Assembly (NCBI GenBank): GCA_964486815.1
Contig: CAZAOO010000013.1
Coordinates: 9,965-73,964 of the forward strand
DNA from: an uncultured Thiotrichales bacterium
GTDB lineage: Bacteria; Pseudomonadota; Gammaproteobacteria; UBA4575
Direction of reading: 5' to 3'
Length of the DNA: 64,000 bases
The position numbers and the translations under genes were made by a program. Under the pieces are notes generated by a model. The model searched no databases. It saw only the letters and a program-made list of their open reading frames with translations, and was not told the DNA's origin. Shown piece by piece: positions 20,403 through 28,701 of this stretch (positions within the stretch are counted from its first letter, which is position 1; the number at the start of each line of letters is the position of its first letter).

Positions 20403-22430
20403 TTATTCAAACTCAAGTGAGACACCTAGAGTAGCGCCTATACTAGGTAGCACAACACGGTCTTTTGTGAAGGAAGTATGTTGGCGTGCATCTTCATCCA
20501 ATAAATTTTCACCTCTAAGAAATACTTTTATGTCTGAATCACCGGCATAAAATGTCTTCGTTAAACTTGCGTTCAACATGGTGTAACTATCGGTATCGGT
20601 TTCAAGATCAGCTTCGTTGTTTGAGTCATCTACAAAGACAAGATCAACGGTTCCACTCCAAGTGTTACGAAAGCCCTCTAAGCCCAAGCCTAAGCGCCCA
20701 GTGGGAATACGCGGCACATCACCTGCATCGCTATCGTCAAACTCTGCTCGCACATAATCACCAAAAATGCGGCCACGCAGATCATATTTGCTATTGCTAA
20801 CAAGTTGCTTCACAAATTCTACTTCAATGCCGTAAAACTCCGCATCTTCATTTTCATATACACCGGCAAGTAACTCACCATCAAGCTCGAACATGCCTTC
20901 TTCATCTGTACGATCGGCGATGCCGTCATTATTGGCATCCAAAGACGCGAGATAAATGAAATCATCAATGCGGTTGTAGTAGGTATTAACCGCCCAGCTG
21001 TAACTGCTTTTATTTTGTTCTAGACCAATTTCAAAATTGTAGGACGTCTCCTCATCAATATTGGTAGAGCCGGTTTCAAATGTGAGGGTCGCTAGATGCG
21101 GGCCGTCAGCATATAAAGCGGTTTCTTGTGGTGCACGTTCAGTACGGGCAACAAATACATTCAATTGCATATCATTAGCCAATTGGCGTTGCGCACCGAA
21201 TGAAACTGAGTACACGCTAAAGTCTTCATCATCACCATTGTCAGGCTCAAATTCATCGCGATCAAAGCGTAGACCACCTTCTAAATCCCATAGCTCGTTG
21301 TGATAATGGCTTATTGCAAAGATTCCAAAGCGTTCTTGATCCAGTGGCGGAATAAATGCTTCTTCGCCTTCTGCAGCAAACTCGCGATCGTTATATTGCA
21401 CACCAAAGGCATTTTTCCAATCGTCATTGATGGTATGAATAAACTCGAGTCTTGATTCTAGCTCTTCATTATCAAATGCCGTAGCCACTTCTCCATCTTC
21501 TTCAATTTCAAAATGGCGGTAGTTGTTGTAAGCGGAGCGTAATGATATTTTTTCAATGTTGTTGAAGGGGTTATACAATTCTGCAAGCATGTCATAGCGA
21601 TATTGTTTTAAATCGATACGAATATCACCCTCTTCGGCTCCTGGCACACCAAAATTGGTGTCAAATCGATTATAGCCAAAGCCGATCATGCCTTTATCAG
21701 AAATATAACTTGCACCAAAACCATGGTTATCGGTTTCTACATCACTATTAGCTAATCGCCCTTTGTTTTCAGGTTCTTCTTCATTTGCGAAACCATCGAT
21801 ATCATAATCATTGGTATCGCGGGTTAAGCCATCGAAATGCCATGCAAAGTTATTAGTTGCGCCATTAAGTTCTAAAGCAGCTGTTTCACCGTCTGATACC
21901 GTGTCATGCTCCACTGCGGCTTTTAACTCAAATGGGCCTGTTTGTAGTGATTTTGGAATGCGATTATTAATGATATTAACAACACCACCAATGGCACCCG
22001 GCCCAAAACGCAATGTCGAAGGCCCACGCAAGATTTCAACTTGATTGGCAAAGTAGGGTTCAATCGACACAGGATGATCTTCACTAAGGCTGGAAACATC
22101 TAATGCGCCAATACCGTTTTCAAGTACCCGCACTCGGTTGCTACCTAGACCACGAATAATGGGGCGACTGGCACCGGGCGCAAAGGAAGTAGCGTTCACG
22201 CCTAGTTCATATTTAACAGTTTCACCAATTGAATTGGATTTTTTACGTTCCAATTCTTCACCGCTGAGGATGGTGACAGATTGAGCGAAATCATCTGGTT
22301 TTTCACCAGGAAACCATTTTGATTCAATTACAATTTCGGGTAAATCAATGGTTCCTGTTACTGATTGGTCATCTGCATACAGGTTAAAGCTTGAGAAACA
22401 TAGTAAACATATAGCTACACGGGCGTACAT
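20403..22430 (-). CDS. TonB-dependent outer-membrane receptor (Zur-regulon, ZnuD-like)
   Basis: TonB box-like N-terminus, plug and barrel motifs, C-terminal …LGVSLEFE with terminal aromatic. Likely start MYARVAICLL… at 22430 with GGAG upstream; the ORF track extends to a TTG at 22442. Confidence 0.85.
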   Translation of the reverse strand: MYARVAICLLCFSSFNLYADDQSVTGTIDLPEIVIESKWFPGEKPDDFAQSVTILSGEELERKKSNSIGETVKYELGVNATSFAPGASRPIIRGLGSNRVRVLENGIGALDVSSLSEDHPVSIEPYFANQVEILRGPSTLRFGPGAIGGVVNIINNRIPKSLQTGPFELKAAVEHDTVSDGETAALELNGATNNFAWHFDGLTRDTNDYDIDGFANEEEPENKGRLANSDVETDNHGFGASYISDKGMIGFGYNRFDTNFGVPGAEEGDIRIDLKQYRYDMLAELYNPFNNIEKISLRSAYNNYRHFEIEEDGEVATAFDNEELESRLEFIHTINDDWKNAFGVQYNDREFAAEGEEAFIPPLDQERFGIFAISHYHNELWDLEGGLRFDRDEFEPDNGDDEDFSVYSVSFGAQRQLANDMQLNVFVARTERAPQETALYADGPHLATLTFETGSTNIDEETSYNFEIGLEQNKSSYSWAVNTYYNRIDDFIYLASLDANNDGIADRTDEEGMFELDGELLAGVYENEDAEFYGIEVEFVKQLVSNSKYDLRGRIFGDYVRAEFDDSDAGDVPRIPTGRLGLGLEGFRNTWSGTVDLVFVDDSNNEADLETDTDSYTMLNASLTKTFYAGDSDIKVFLRGENLLDEDARQHTSFTKDRVVLPSIGATLGVSLEFE

Positions 22431-22486
22431 TATTAACTCCAATATAAAACCCTATAATTAGGGTATGAAAACTAGGGTATGAAAAA

Positions 22487-22813
22487 TTATGAATTTTTAA
22501 GAGGATTAATTACGTAAGGAGGTGCGCGTGCTTTAGTGAAGTACTGATAGGTCGTGAATGTATGGTTTGTTGAAAATGCTAATGTTTCTTGTACATAAAA
22601 GTGTTGTATTAGTGGTAAATAATTATCAAGAGATGAATCAGAAAATTTTAATAGTACGAGACAGATTTCGCATTCGTTAGAGCCGGGTTCATTGTCAATG
22701 TGTTCATATCCATGCTGCGCATTTAGCCAAAGGGATATCAAGAGTATTGATGCAATTAGCGATCTACATATAGAAGACTTATGCATGTATTTAGGTGAAA
22801 ATGAGTCAAGCAT
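22487..22813 (-). CDS. small secreted Cys-containing protein (probable true start MHKSS… at ~22786)
   Basis: 108 aa in the ORF track. An internal Met gives a signal peptide MHKSSICRSLIASILLISLWLNA. CEIC motif. The Zur box abuts the annotated ATG. Confidence 0.45.
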   Translation of the reverse strand: MLDSFSPKYMHKSSICRSLIASILLISLWLNAQHGYEHIDNEPGSNECEICLVLLKFSDSSLDNYLPLIQHFYVQETLAFSTNHTFTTYQYFTKARAPPYVINPLKNS

Positions 22814-22815
22814 TG

Positions 22816-22836
22816 TAATGTTATATTATAACACTA
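22816..22836. promoter_or_regulatory. Zur box (taatGTTATAtTATAACacta)
   Basis: 6-1-6 perfect palindrome GTTATA-T-TATAAC with AAT/ATT-like flanks. Matches the gammaproteobacterial Zur operator consensus. Lies immediately upstream of the 8-gene minus-strand operon. Confidence 0.7.
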
Positions 22837-22949
22837 ATTTCTTGAAGTAAACAGCAATCGTCCATTTTGTATTATGAGCGAGAATACAATCTGAATTCAC
22901 TTGGGGTTTTGGTCGGTCGAAACAATGCTTCACACAGGGCTTTAATCTG

Positions 22950-22997
22950 GCATTCATAATGTTGGGGTCGGTGATTCAAGTCCACCCATAGCCACCA
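22950..22997 (+). repeat. second degenerate copy of the tRNA-Met 3' half
   Basis: gcattcataatgttggggtcggtgattcaagtccacccatagccacca. Its T-arm is closer to the copy at 16041-16085 than to the intact gene. Confidence 0.75.
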
Positions 22998-23049
22998 TCC
23001 TAGTATATTCACATTCTGATCACTCATAGAAATTAATACCTGTTAGATC

Positions 23050-23727
23050 TGATGTTTTCCGCTTCTGGTTGGTTATTGCCTGAGTACATTAATTGGTTTG
23101 CAATATAACGATAAAGGATTTTCTACGGTCGGAGAAGAGGCGTTTATTTCGGCAGTTGAGTCTGATCGTTATGGGTTGTTTGTGATAACACAAAAAGAGT
23201 TCAATAAATGGAATATTGAATTTAGTGTGCGTGCGGAGCAGGTCGACTATGATCCCCAGTTTTTTTGCTGATGAAGATTTTGATGTCTATTCGCTATCGT
23301 TTGGCCTCATTCGAAAGCTACCCAATGACTTGAAAATACGCTTTAACCTGAGCCGATTCGAACGTCCACCAGAAGAATCAGCCTGTTTGCAGAAGGACCG
23401 CACTTGGCTACACTTACCTTCGAGCGTGGCAACACAACTATTGATGAAGAGGTTTTTAACAACTTGGAGATTGGGTTAAGTCAAGAAAATCGCAATACAA
23501 ACTGGCAGTTAAATGCATTCTATAATCGAGTGGATAATTTTATTTTTCTATCATCAGTGGATGAGAATAATGATGGCTTAGCAAACCGTGTAGATGAAGA
23601 AGGCATGTTTGAACTCGATGGAGAGTTGCTCCTGGGTGACTTTGTTAATGAAGATGTGGAATTTAATGCCGAACGTGTTCCACTACCAGGTATTGGCGCC
23701 AAATTTGGAATTTCTGTGAAATACTAG
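23050..23727 (+). pseudogene. decayed C-terminal remnant of a paralogous TonB-dependent receptor
   Basis: Three frames piece together …AEQVDYDPQFFADEDFDVYSLSFGLIRKL… / …LATLTFERGNTTIDEE…MFELDGELLLGDF…GISVKY. These align with the last ~220 aa of the receptor at 20403-22430. No N-terminus, several frameshifts. Confidence 0.7.
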
Positions 23728-23758
23728 GCATGATGAAGGAGCGCGCTGCAAATTCAAT

Positions 23759-23908
23759 ATGGATTGGATAAGTGTTGTTTTAGGATCGTTATTGATTGCA
23801 ACCTTAATTGCTTATTTTGCAGGCGTGTTTCCTTATCCGTTCGGGTGGCTTATTTTATTAGCTTTATTAATGGCTAGATTGGGTATATTGCGAATTAAAA
23901 ATAAATAA
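23759..23908 (+). CDS. possible 49-aa small membrane protein
   Basis: ATG-initiated ORF MDWISVVLGSLLIATLIAYFAGVFPYPFGWLILLALLMARLGILRIKNK, two hydrophobic helices. No clear SD. Below the ORF-track size cutoff. Confidence 0.25.
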   Translation: MDWISVVLGSLLIATLIAYFAGVFPYPFGWLILLALLMARLGILRIKNK

Positions 23909-23981
23909 AAATTTCTATTATATTGTTAGCTTGACGGGTTGAATGCAATATTATTGAGTTTATTTTATTGTGGGAAATAAT

Positions 23982-25193
23982 TTAATTTGTCACTGCTAAT
24001 TTTTGCTTTGCACGATGATCTTTCGTTCCAGGAATGTATTTCGCGATACGTGGCACCTCATGCGCCAGTATGCATATATCTTTAATACCGTTTTTTTCTG
24101 CCTTGGATTCCACTGCGTCAGTTACTGAATCAGCTGTAGTTTGATTGGTAATGCAGCGAATGGTGGCATACTCATTATTAATATGTGCATGAGCTAATTC
24201 TGGGTGTTCGTGTTCATCTTCATACATAGATATGAAGCGTGAGTAACTTACATTTAATCCTGGGGCACCTGCATTAAGCATTAGATCCATCAGGTTTTGA
24301 GATTGGTCGCGATTCACAACGGTTGAGAAACAAACTTGATTAGTTAGCTCTTGTTTGTTCCGTTTACCAATAGCTAGTCCAGTGCCTTTGCCTTGATCAC
24401 CTACATCAAACACAGTTTGGTCACGCCAGTGTGTATGGCCCGTTAGGTGGTCGATTGCATGTATAATTTGTTGTGTATTAGCAGTGTAGTGTGGGTTTGC
24501 AATTCTACTTGGTAGATTAAACATACCCTTGTCAATTGGTAATCGATACATGAATCCACGACCGGGCAGATGAAATTCACCCGCTTTTTCCATAGCGGTA
24601 AAGATAGCTTCAACATCCGAGTTGTCTGCGAGTACCATTAAAATCTCTTGTTCACTGTCTTTAGTGATGCGAAGCCAGCCTAGTCGGTCGCGCAATCCTT
24701 TCCCTTCAGCAAAGTAAACAACTGGACCATGTGCGCCAGCATTGATTGCGGCTTTGGCAATATGGTCGCTTAATTTATGGCTAACGCTACAAAATATTGC
24801 ACTTAGGTTTCCAGAAAGCTTGTCCGAGTCAGTTGTAGTATTTAATTGTTCTTTAGTATGAAGGTTTTGAAAATCAGTACCGATGTAAGAACTTGTACAC
24901 GGTGTGCTAAACACTGCGCCTGTAGACTGCATGTCCAGCTTTCCTTCAAGAATGACCGTGTTAATAACACGATCGACATCATGTGCAGGCACGACCATAT
25001 GGAGTAACGTTTTTGACGGGCTAATGGGCGGCACCCAGGATTTCCACCAATGGTCACGAAGCACTGTACCACGTGCTTTTGAGACTAGAATATCGGTTAC
25101 TTCGTTGGTTGTCAGGGTTTCTATTACCGCATTTGCAGAGGGTACTGGAAGTGCTGCGGTAATGAGTGAGATATGGTGGTTGGTATTAAACAT
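23982..25193 (-). CDS. protein composed of tandem P-II (GlnB)-like domains (at least 3, probably 4)
   Basis: 403 aa. Repeated beta-alpha-beta…beta-alpha-beta modules, e.g. ISLITAALPVPSANAVIETL…LVSKARGTVL…LLHMVVPAHDVDRVINTVILEGK…GAVFSTP and LSAIFCSV…EILMVLADNSDVEAIFTAMEKAGE…GRGFMYRLPI. Overlaps the downstream DUF1538-like gene. Confidence 0.55.
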   Translation of the reverse strand: MFNTNHHISLITAALPVPSANAVIETLTTNEVTDILVSKARGTVLRDHWWKSWVPPISPSKTLLHMVVPAHDVDRVINTVILEGKLDMQSTGAVFSTPCTSSYIGTDFQNLHTKEQLNTTTDSDKLSGNLSAIFCSVSHKLSDHIAKAAINAGAHGPVVYFAEGKGLRDRLGWLRITKDSEQEILMVLADNSDVEAIFTAMEKAGEFHLPGRGFMYRLPIDKGMFNLPSRIANPHYTANTQQIIHAIDHLTGHTHWRDQTVFDVGDQGKGTGLAIGKRNKQELTNQVCFSTVVNRDQSQNLMDLMLNAGAPGLNVSYSRFISMYEDEHEHPELAHAHINNEYATIRCITNQTTADSVTDAVESKAEKNGIKDICILAHEVPRIAKYIPGTKDHRAKQKLAVTN

Positions 25194-26652
25194 TTATGCA
25201 GCTCCTAATTGTTTTTGAGTCACTGTCTAGTTCACCTTCCAAATTAGATTCGTTGGTCGCTTGAAGTTTCTTCTCCATTCTTTGGGTATATAGACCTACT
25301 GACAACACAGTCATGATTGGTCCGACAGATGCTAGGGCTAGAATTCCAAAACCATCACTTACACCTGGTACATTCGCACCCACACCAAGACCCATGGCGA
25401 GTACTAGGGGTACTGTTATTGGACCGGTTGTTACACCAGCGCTATCCCAGCCAAAATTCACAAAACTGTTTGGTGCACGCCATGTTAACAACAGTACTAA
25501 AACGTATGGTGGAATTAACATCCAAATAAGCGGTAAGTTATAAGCTATTTTTACTATGCCAGCACCGATGCCTAAACCAACACCGATTGCAACGGTTTGC
25601 ATGAGTAATTTCTTACGGAAAGCACCAACGGTTATACGTTCTACAGTATCTCCCAAGGCATTTAGCGCAGGCTCAGCTAGCGTGGCACCATAGCCTAAGA
25701 AAAATGCGAAGCCTACAGCAACAAATTTACCAAAGTGACCTTCACCAAATAGCGGGCCTTCTGAATGTTCAAATCCCCAAGGTACAATTTCTGCAAACGC
25801 TAATGGAATATTACTTCCAAGTTGTCCACCCAGTGGCGTTAATCCAAGAGTAATACCTAAGCTGAAAAGCGCCATGCCAACTAATGCAAATGTTACGCCA
25901 ATACCAACATCGTTACCTTTGTCCAAACGCTGTTTAAGGATTAGTCGAAGTACAAAATAGAGGAATAGACAAAGAGGGATAATTGCACGTAGGGCGCCAA
26001 TAAAGGCTTCTTTAAATTGATCAAACACAGAAGATTCTGTGTTCCAGGTTTTGTCGTCAATAATTTTAAAATCACGAGAGTAAATCTTCTTAACTACTAA
26101 ATTAGGGTCTTTAACAACGATCTTTCCACCTACTAAATCAGCCTTGCCACCGTTAAAGTCCAATTTATAACCATCAGGCAGTGCACCGGTTTTTAAATAT
26201 TCATTAAATTCAACATCAGAGATAGCCACTAACTTTGCACCAGCTTCTGTTTTGCTATTTTTTGTAGTAGTTGATTGAGTTTCAACTACTATGGAATCTT
26301 TGTAGTGTGAAGCACCATAATAATCATTACTGTTATAGTGATATAACGATAAAAGTAGGACTGCTAGTATGGGGAACAAAGATGCGAGCGTAACAATGCC
26401 AAAGCCAGAATGTCCGCCTCCACCATTACCACTACTTACAACTCTGCAAACACCTAAACCAAGTGCTAGCACCAAAGGAACGGTAACTGGGCCAGTAGTT
26501 ACTGCGCCACAATCCCATGCAAGGCCGAGTACATCACGTAATTCTGGTACCTGGCTAAAATAAAAAGATAATGTAAGTAAAACAACAACCGCAGGTATGG
26601 CAAGAAACTTTAGTGGCCATGCATAGAAGAAGCGTAACACACCTATCATCAC
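25186..26652 (-). CDS. DUF1538-like integral membrane protein with internal duplication and a ~130-aa soluble insert
   Basis: 488 aa. Two copies of WDxxxVTTGP(V/I)TVPLVLAxGLGV and a GATLAEPA motif. Gly-rich loops. 8-nt overlap with the P-II gene and 4-nt overlap with the next gene. Confidence 0.5.
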   Translation of the reverse strand: MMIGVLRFFYAWPLKFLAIPAVVVLLTLSFYFSQVPELRDVLGLAWDCGAVTTGPVTVPLVLALGLGVCRVVSSGNGGGGHSGFGIVTLASLFPILAVLLLSLYHYNSNDYYGASHYKDSIVVETQSTTTKNSKTEAGAKLVAISDVEFNEYLKTGALPDGYKLDFNGGKADLVGGKIVVKDPNLVVKKIYSRDFKIIDDKTWNTESSVFDQFKEAFIGALRAIIPLCLFLYFVLRLILKQRLDKGNDVGIGVTFALVGMALFSLGITLGLTPLGGQLGSNIPLAFAEIVPWGFEHSEGPLFGEGHFGKFVAVGFAFFLGYGATLAEPALNALGDTVERITVGAFRKKLLMQTVAIGVGLGIGAGIVKIAYNLPLIWMLIPPYVLVLLLTWRAPNSFVNFGWDSAGVTTGPITVPLVLAMGLGVGANVPGVSDGFGILALASVGPIMTVLSVGLYTQRMEKKLQATNESNLEGELDSDSKTIRSCINV

Positions 26653-27140
26653 TGCAAGCCCACACCAACACCCACGCTACTAACAAGTTGGCCTGAGAAA
26701 TCGTTCAATAAGCTATAGAGCAGCGGTGCTTGGTCCGGTAGCACTCCACTGCCAGCAGCTTTTAAAACTGCAATTGCAGGTTCAGCAAAAGTTGCTCCCG
26801 CACCAAGAAGAAAGGCAAATAGTAATATAATTGGCATGCCGCTTTTGCGTGGCAATATACTTCCTATGATTTCGCCCAAAGGCATTAAGCCTAAGCGTAA
26901 ACCTTCCATAAAAAACATTAAGCCGATTGCAACGATGAAGATGCCTACTGCAATCATGGCTGCATAAACAATTGGCAGTTGTAGAACGAGTAGTTGGAAT
27001 ATGATGAGATAAAATACAATAAACCAAATGCCTTCAATTTGGCTCATGAAGTTCCGCTTACCATAGGGCCAGAGCAGACGAAATGTATCGCGTAGACCTA
27101 AGCGAAAACGAGAGTTTTCAGTAGTATTTGGTGCATTCAT
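26649..27140 (-). CDS. DUF1538-like small membrane protein (GATFAEPA motif)
   Basis: 163 aa, 4 TM. Shares the …LGAGATFAEPAI… motif with the 488-aa partner. First gene of the three-gene operon. Confidence 0.5.
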   Translation of the reverse strand: MNAPNTTENSRFRLGLRDTFRLLWPYGKRNFMSQIEGIWFIVFYLIIFQLLVLQLPIVYAAMIAVGIFIVAIGLMFFMEGLRLGLMPLGEIIGSILPRKSGMPIILLFAFLLGAGATFAEPAIAVLKAAGSGVLPDQAPLLYSLLNDFSGQLVSSVGVGVGLQ

Positions 27141-27450
27141 TTTCTAAAACACTTGTTGAGATAATGGGTTATATCGGCGGATATAGATTTTCCTTAAACC
27201 TGGGCATGGCGTTCAATAAGCCTCTAGTGCTTGAATCTTACGAAAATTGGCCGACCAAGAGATATCAGTAGGGCATAAAGGTTGGGATATAGATTTAAAG
27301 TAAGATCTTTTTGTTGCCATGCATGCCCTATATTGCTCCAAATATGCAGTTCATTACATTAATTGAAATATTGCTGCGTTATGATTGATATATTTTATCT
27401 AAATCTGGAATATTTAGATTTGCAAGTTATTAACTCGATATGGAAATCAT

Positions 27451-28188
27451 TTGTATCAACACAATCAATCAATAACTACGTTTGATTCAAAAGCTTCTAC
27501 TTTAGATTCAGCGAGTATTAATTTCCTATGTTGGAATATTAAAAAAGGTTTGAAGCCGAATTGGCAAGAGGATTTATCTGATCTGGCCTATGGTAAAGAC
27601 TTGGTTATCATTCAAGAAGCTGTGTTGCATCCAGATTTAATCGGGGCTTTTGATAAGACCATGCACAGGACCTTTGCGAAAGGATATAAAACCAAAAAGC
27701 GTACCACAGGCCTAATGACGATCAGTAAGCATGAACCGGTAAGGCGGCACCAGCTGACCTGTTGGGAACCATGGTTGGCAACACCAAAATGTACAAGCAT
27801 TACTGAACATGCCTTATCAGGTACTCAAGAGACTCTAATCGTGGTAAATATTCACGCCATAAATTTCACCTTAGGGGTTAAACTATTTCGTAAGCAGATT
27901 GATAAAGTGCGCAAAGAAATCGCCAATCATAAGGGCCCGATCATACTTTCTGGAGATTTTAATACCTGGCGAAAAAAACGCATGAAAATTCTTGATGCGC
28001 TGGCATTGGAGCATGGACTTGAAGCATTGTCTTTCCAAGAAGATCATCGCAAGGCTGTATTTGGCCAAACATTAGATCATATTTATGTGCGTGCACTAAC
28101 GCCAGAAAGTACTGATACCTATAAGGTCAAGTCTTCTGATCATAATCCGATTTCAGCTGAACTAAGTTTTAGTTGGTCTCTTGCCTAG
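27451..28188 (+). CDS. endonuclease/exonuclease/phosphatase (EEP) family protein
   Basis: 245 aa. EEP motifs …IVVNIHAINF…, SGDFNTWR, LDHIYVR, SDHNPISAEL. Confidence 0.75.
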   Translation: MYQHNQSITTFDSKASTLDSASINFLCWNIKKGLKPNWQEDLSDLAYGKDLVIIQEAVLHPDLIGAFDKTMHRTFAKGYKTKKRTTGLMTISKHEPVRRHQLTCWEPWLATPKCTSITEHALSGTQETLIVVNIHAINFTLGVKLFRKQIDKVRKEIANHKGPIILSGDFNTWRKKRMKILDALALEHGLEALSFQEDHRKAVFGQTLDHIYVRALTPESTDTYKVKSSDHNPISAELSFSWSLA

Positions 28189-28701
28189 CTTTCTTTGTAG
28201 AGTTCTCCTGTGCATGTTTAAAGCGCGTGCGGTAGCAGAAAGATTTCCTTCATTTTCATTTAATACTTTTTGAATGTGCTCCCATTCTAAACGTTTAACT
28301 GACATAGGATTCATTTCTAGTGTTTGTTTGCTATTTCCTTCAGGCTTAAAAAATGCATTATAGATTTCATCACTGCTGGCAGGTTTTGTTAGGTACTGAG
28401 TTGCTCCTAGTTTAATAGCATCGACAGCTGTAGCGATACTTGCGTATCCAGTGAGCATAACTATTTTAATTGTTGAGTTAATCTCTTTTAATATAGGTAT
28501 TATCTGTAGGCCTGATTCACTACCCAGTCGCAAATCTACTAATGTATATTCAGGTTTGAATTGTTTTGCTAAGTCAATGGCATTGTCTATTGAATTGGCA
28601 TTGAATACTTTAAAGCCTTTTTTTTCTAAAGCCTTCTTCAGAGCAGAAGAATAAGCTTCATCATCTTCGATCACTAGTAAGTTTTTATTACCAATGCTCA
28701 T
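28162..28701 (-). CDS. response regulator, RegA/PrrA/ActR/RoxR family (REC + Fis-type HTH)
   Basis: 179 aa. LLVIEDDEAY…, receiver Asp in TLVDLRLG, LTGYASIATAVDAIKLGATQYLTKPA, C-terminal HTH_8. Confidence 0.8.
   Translation of the reverse strand: MSIGNKNLLVIEDDEAYSSALKKALEKKGFKVFNANSIDNAIDLAKQFKPEYTLVDLRLGSESGLQIIPILKEINSTIKIVMLTGYASIATAVDAIKLGATQYLTKPASSDEIYNAFFKPEGNSKQTLEMNPMSVKRLEWEHIQKVLNENEGNLSATARALNMHRRTLQRKLGKRPTKT

Noticed and set aside
22449-22464. Palindrome ACCCTAtaatTAGGGT upstream of the TonB-dependent receptor as a possible second Zur box
   Set aside because: It does not match the GTTATAnTATAAC Zur core. It is kept only as an unexplained repeat in the findings.
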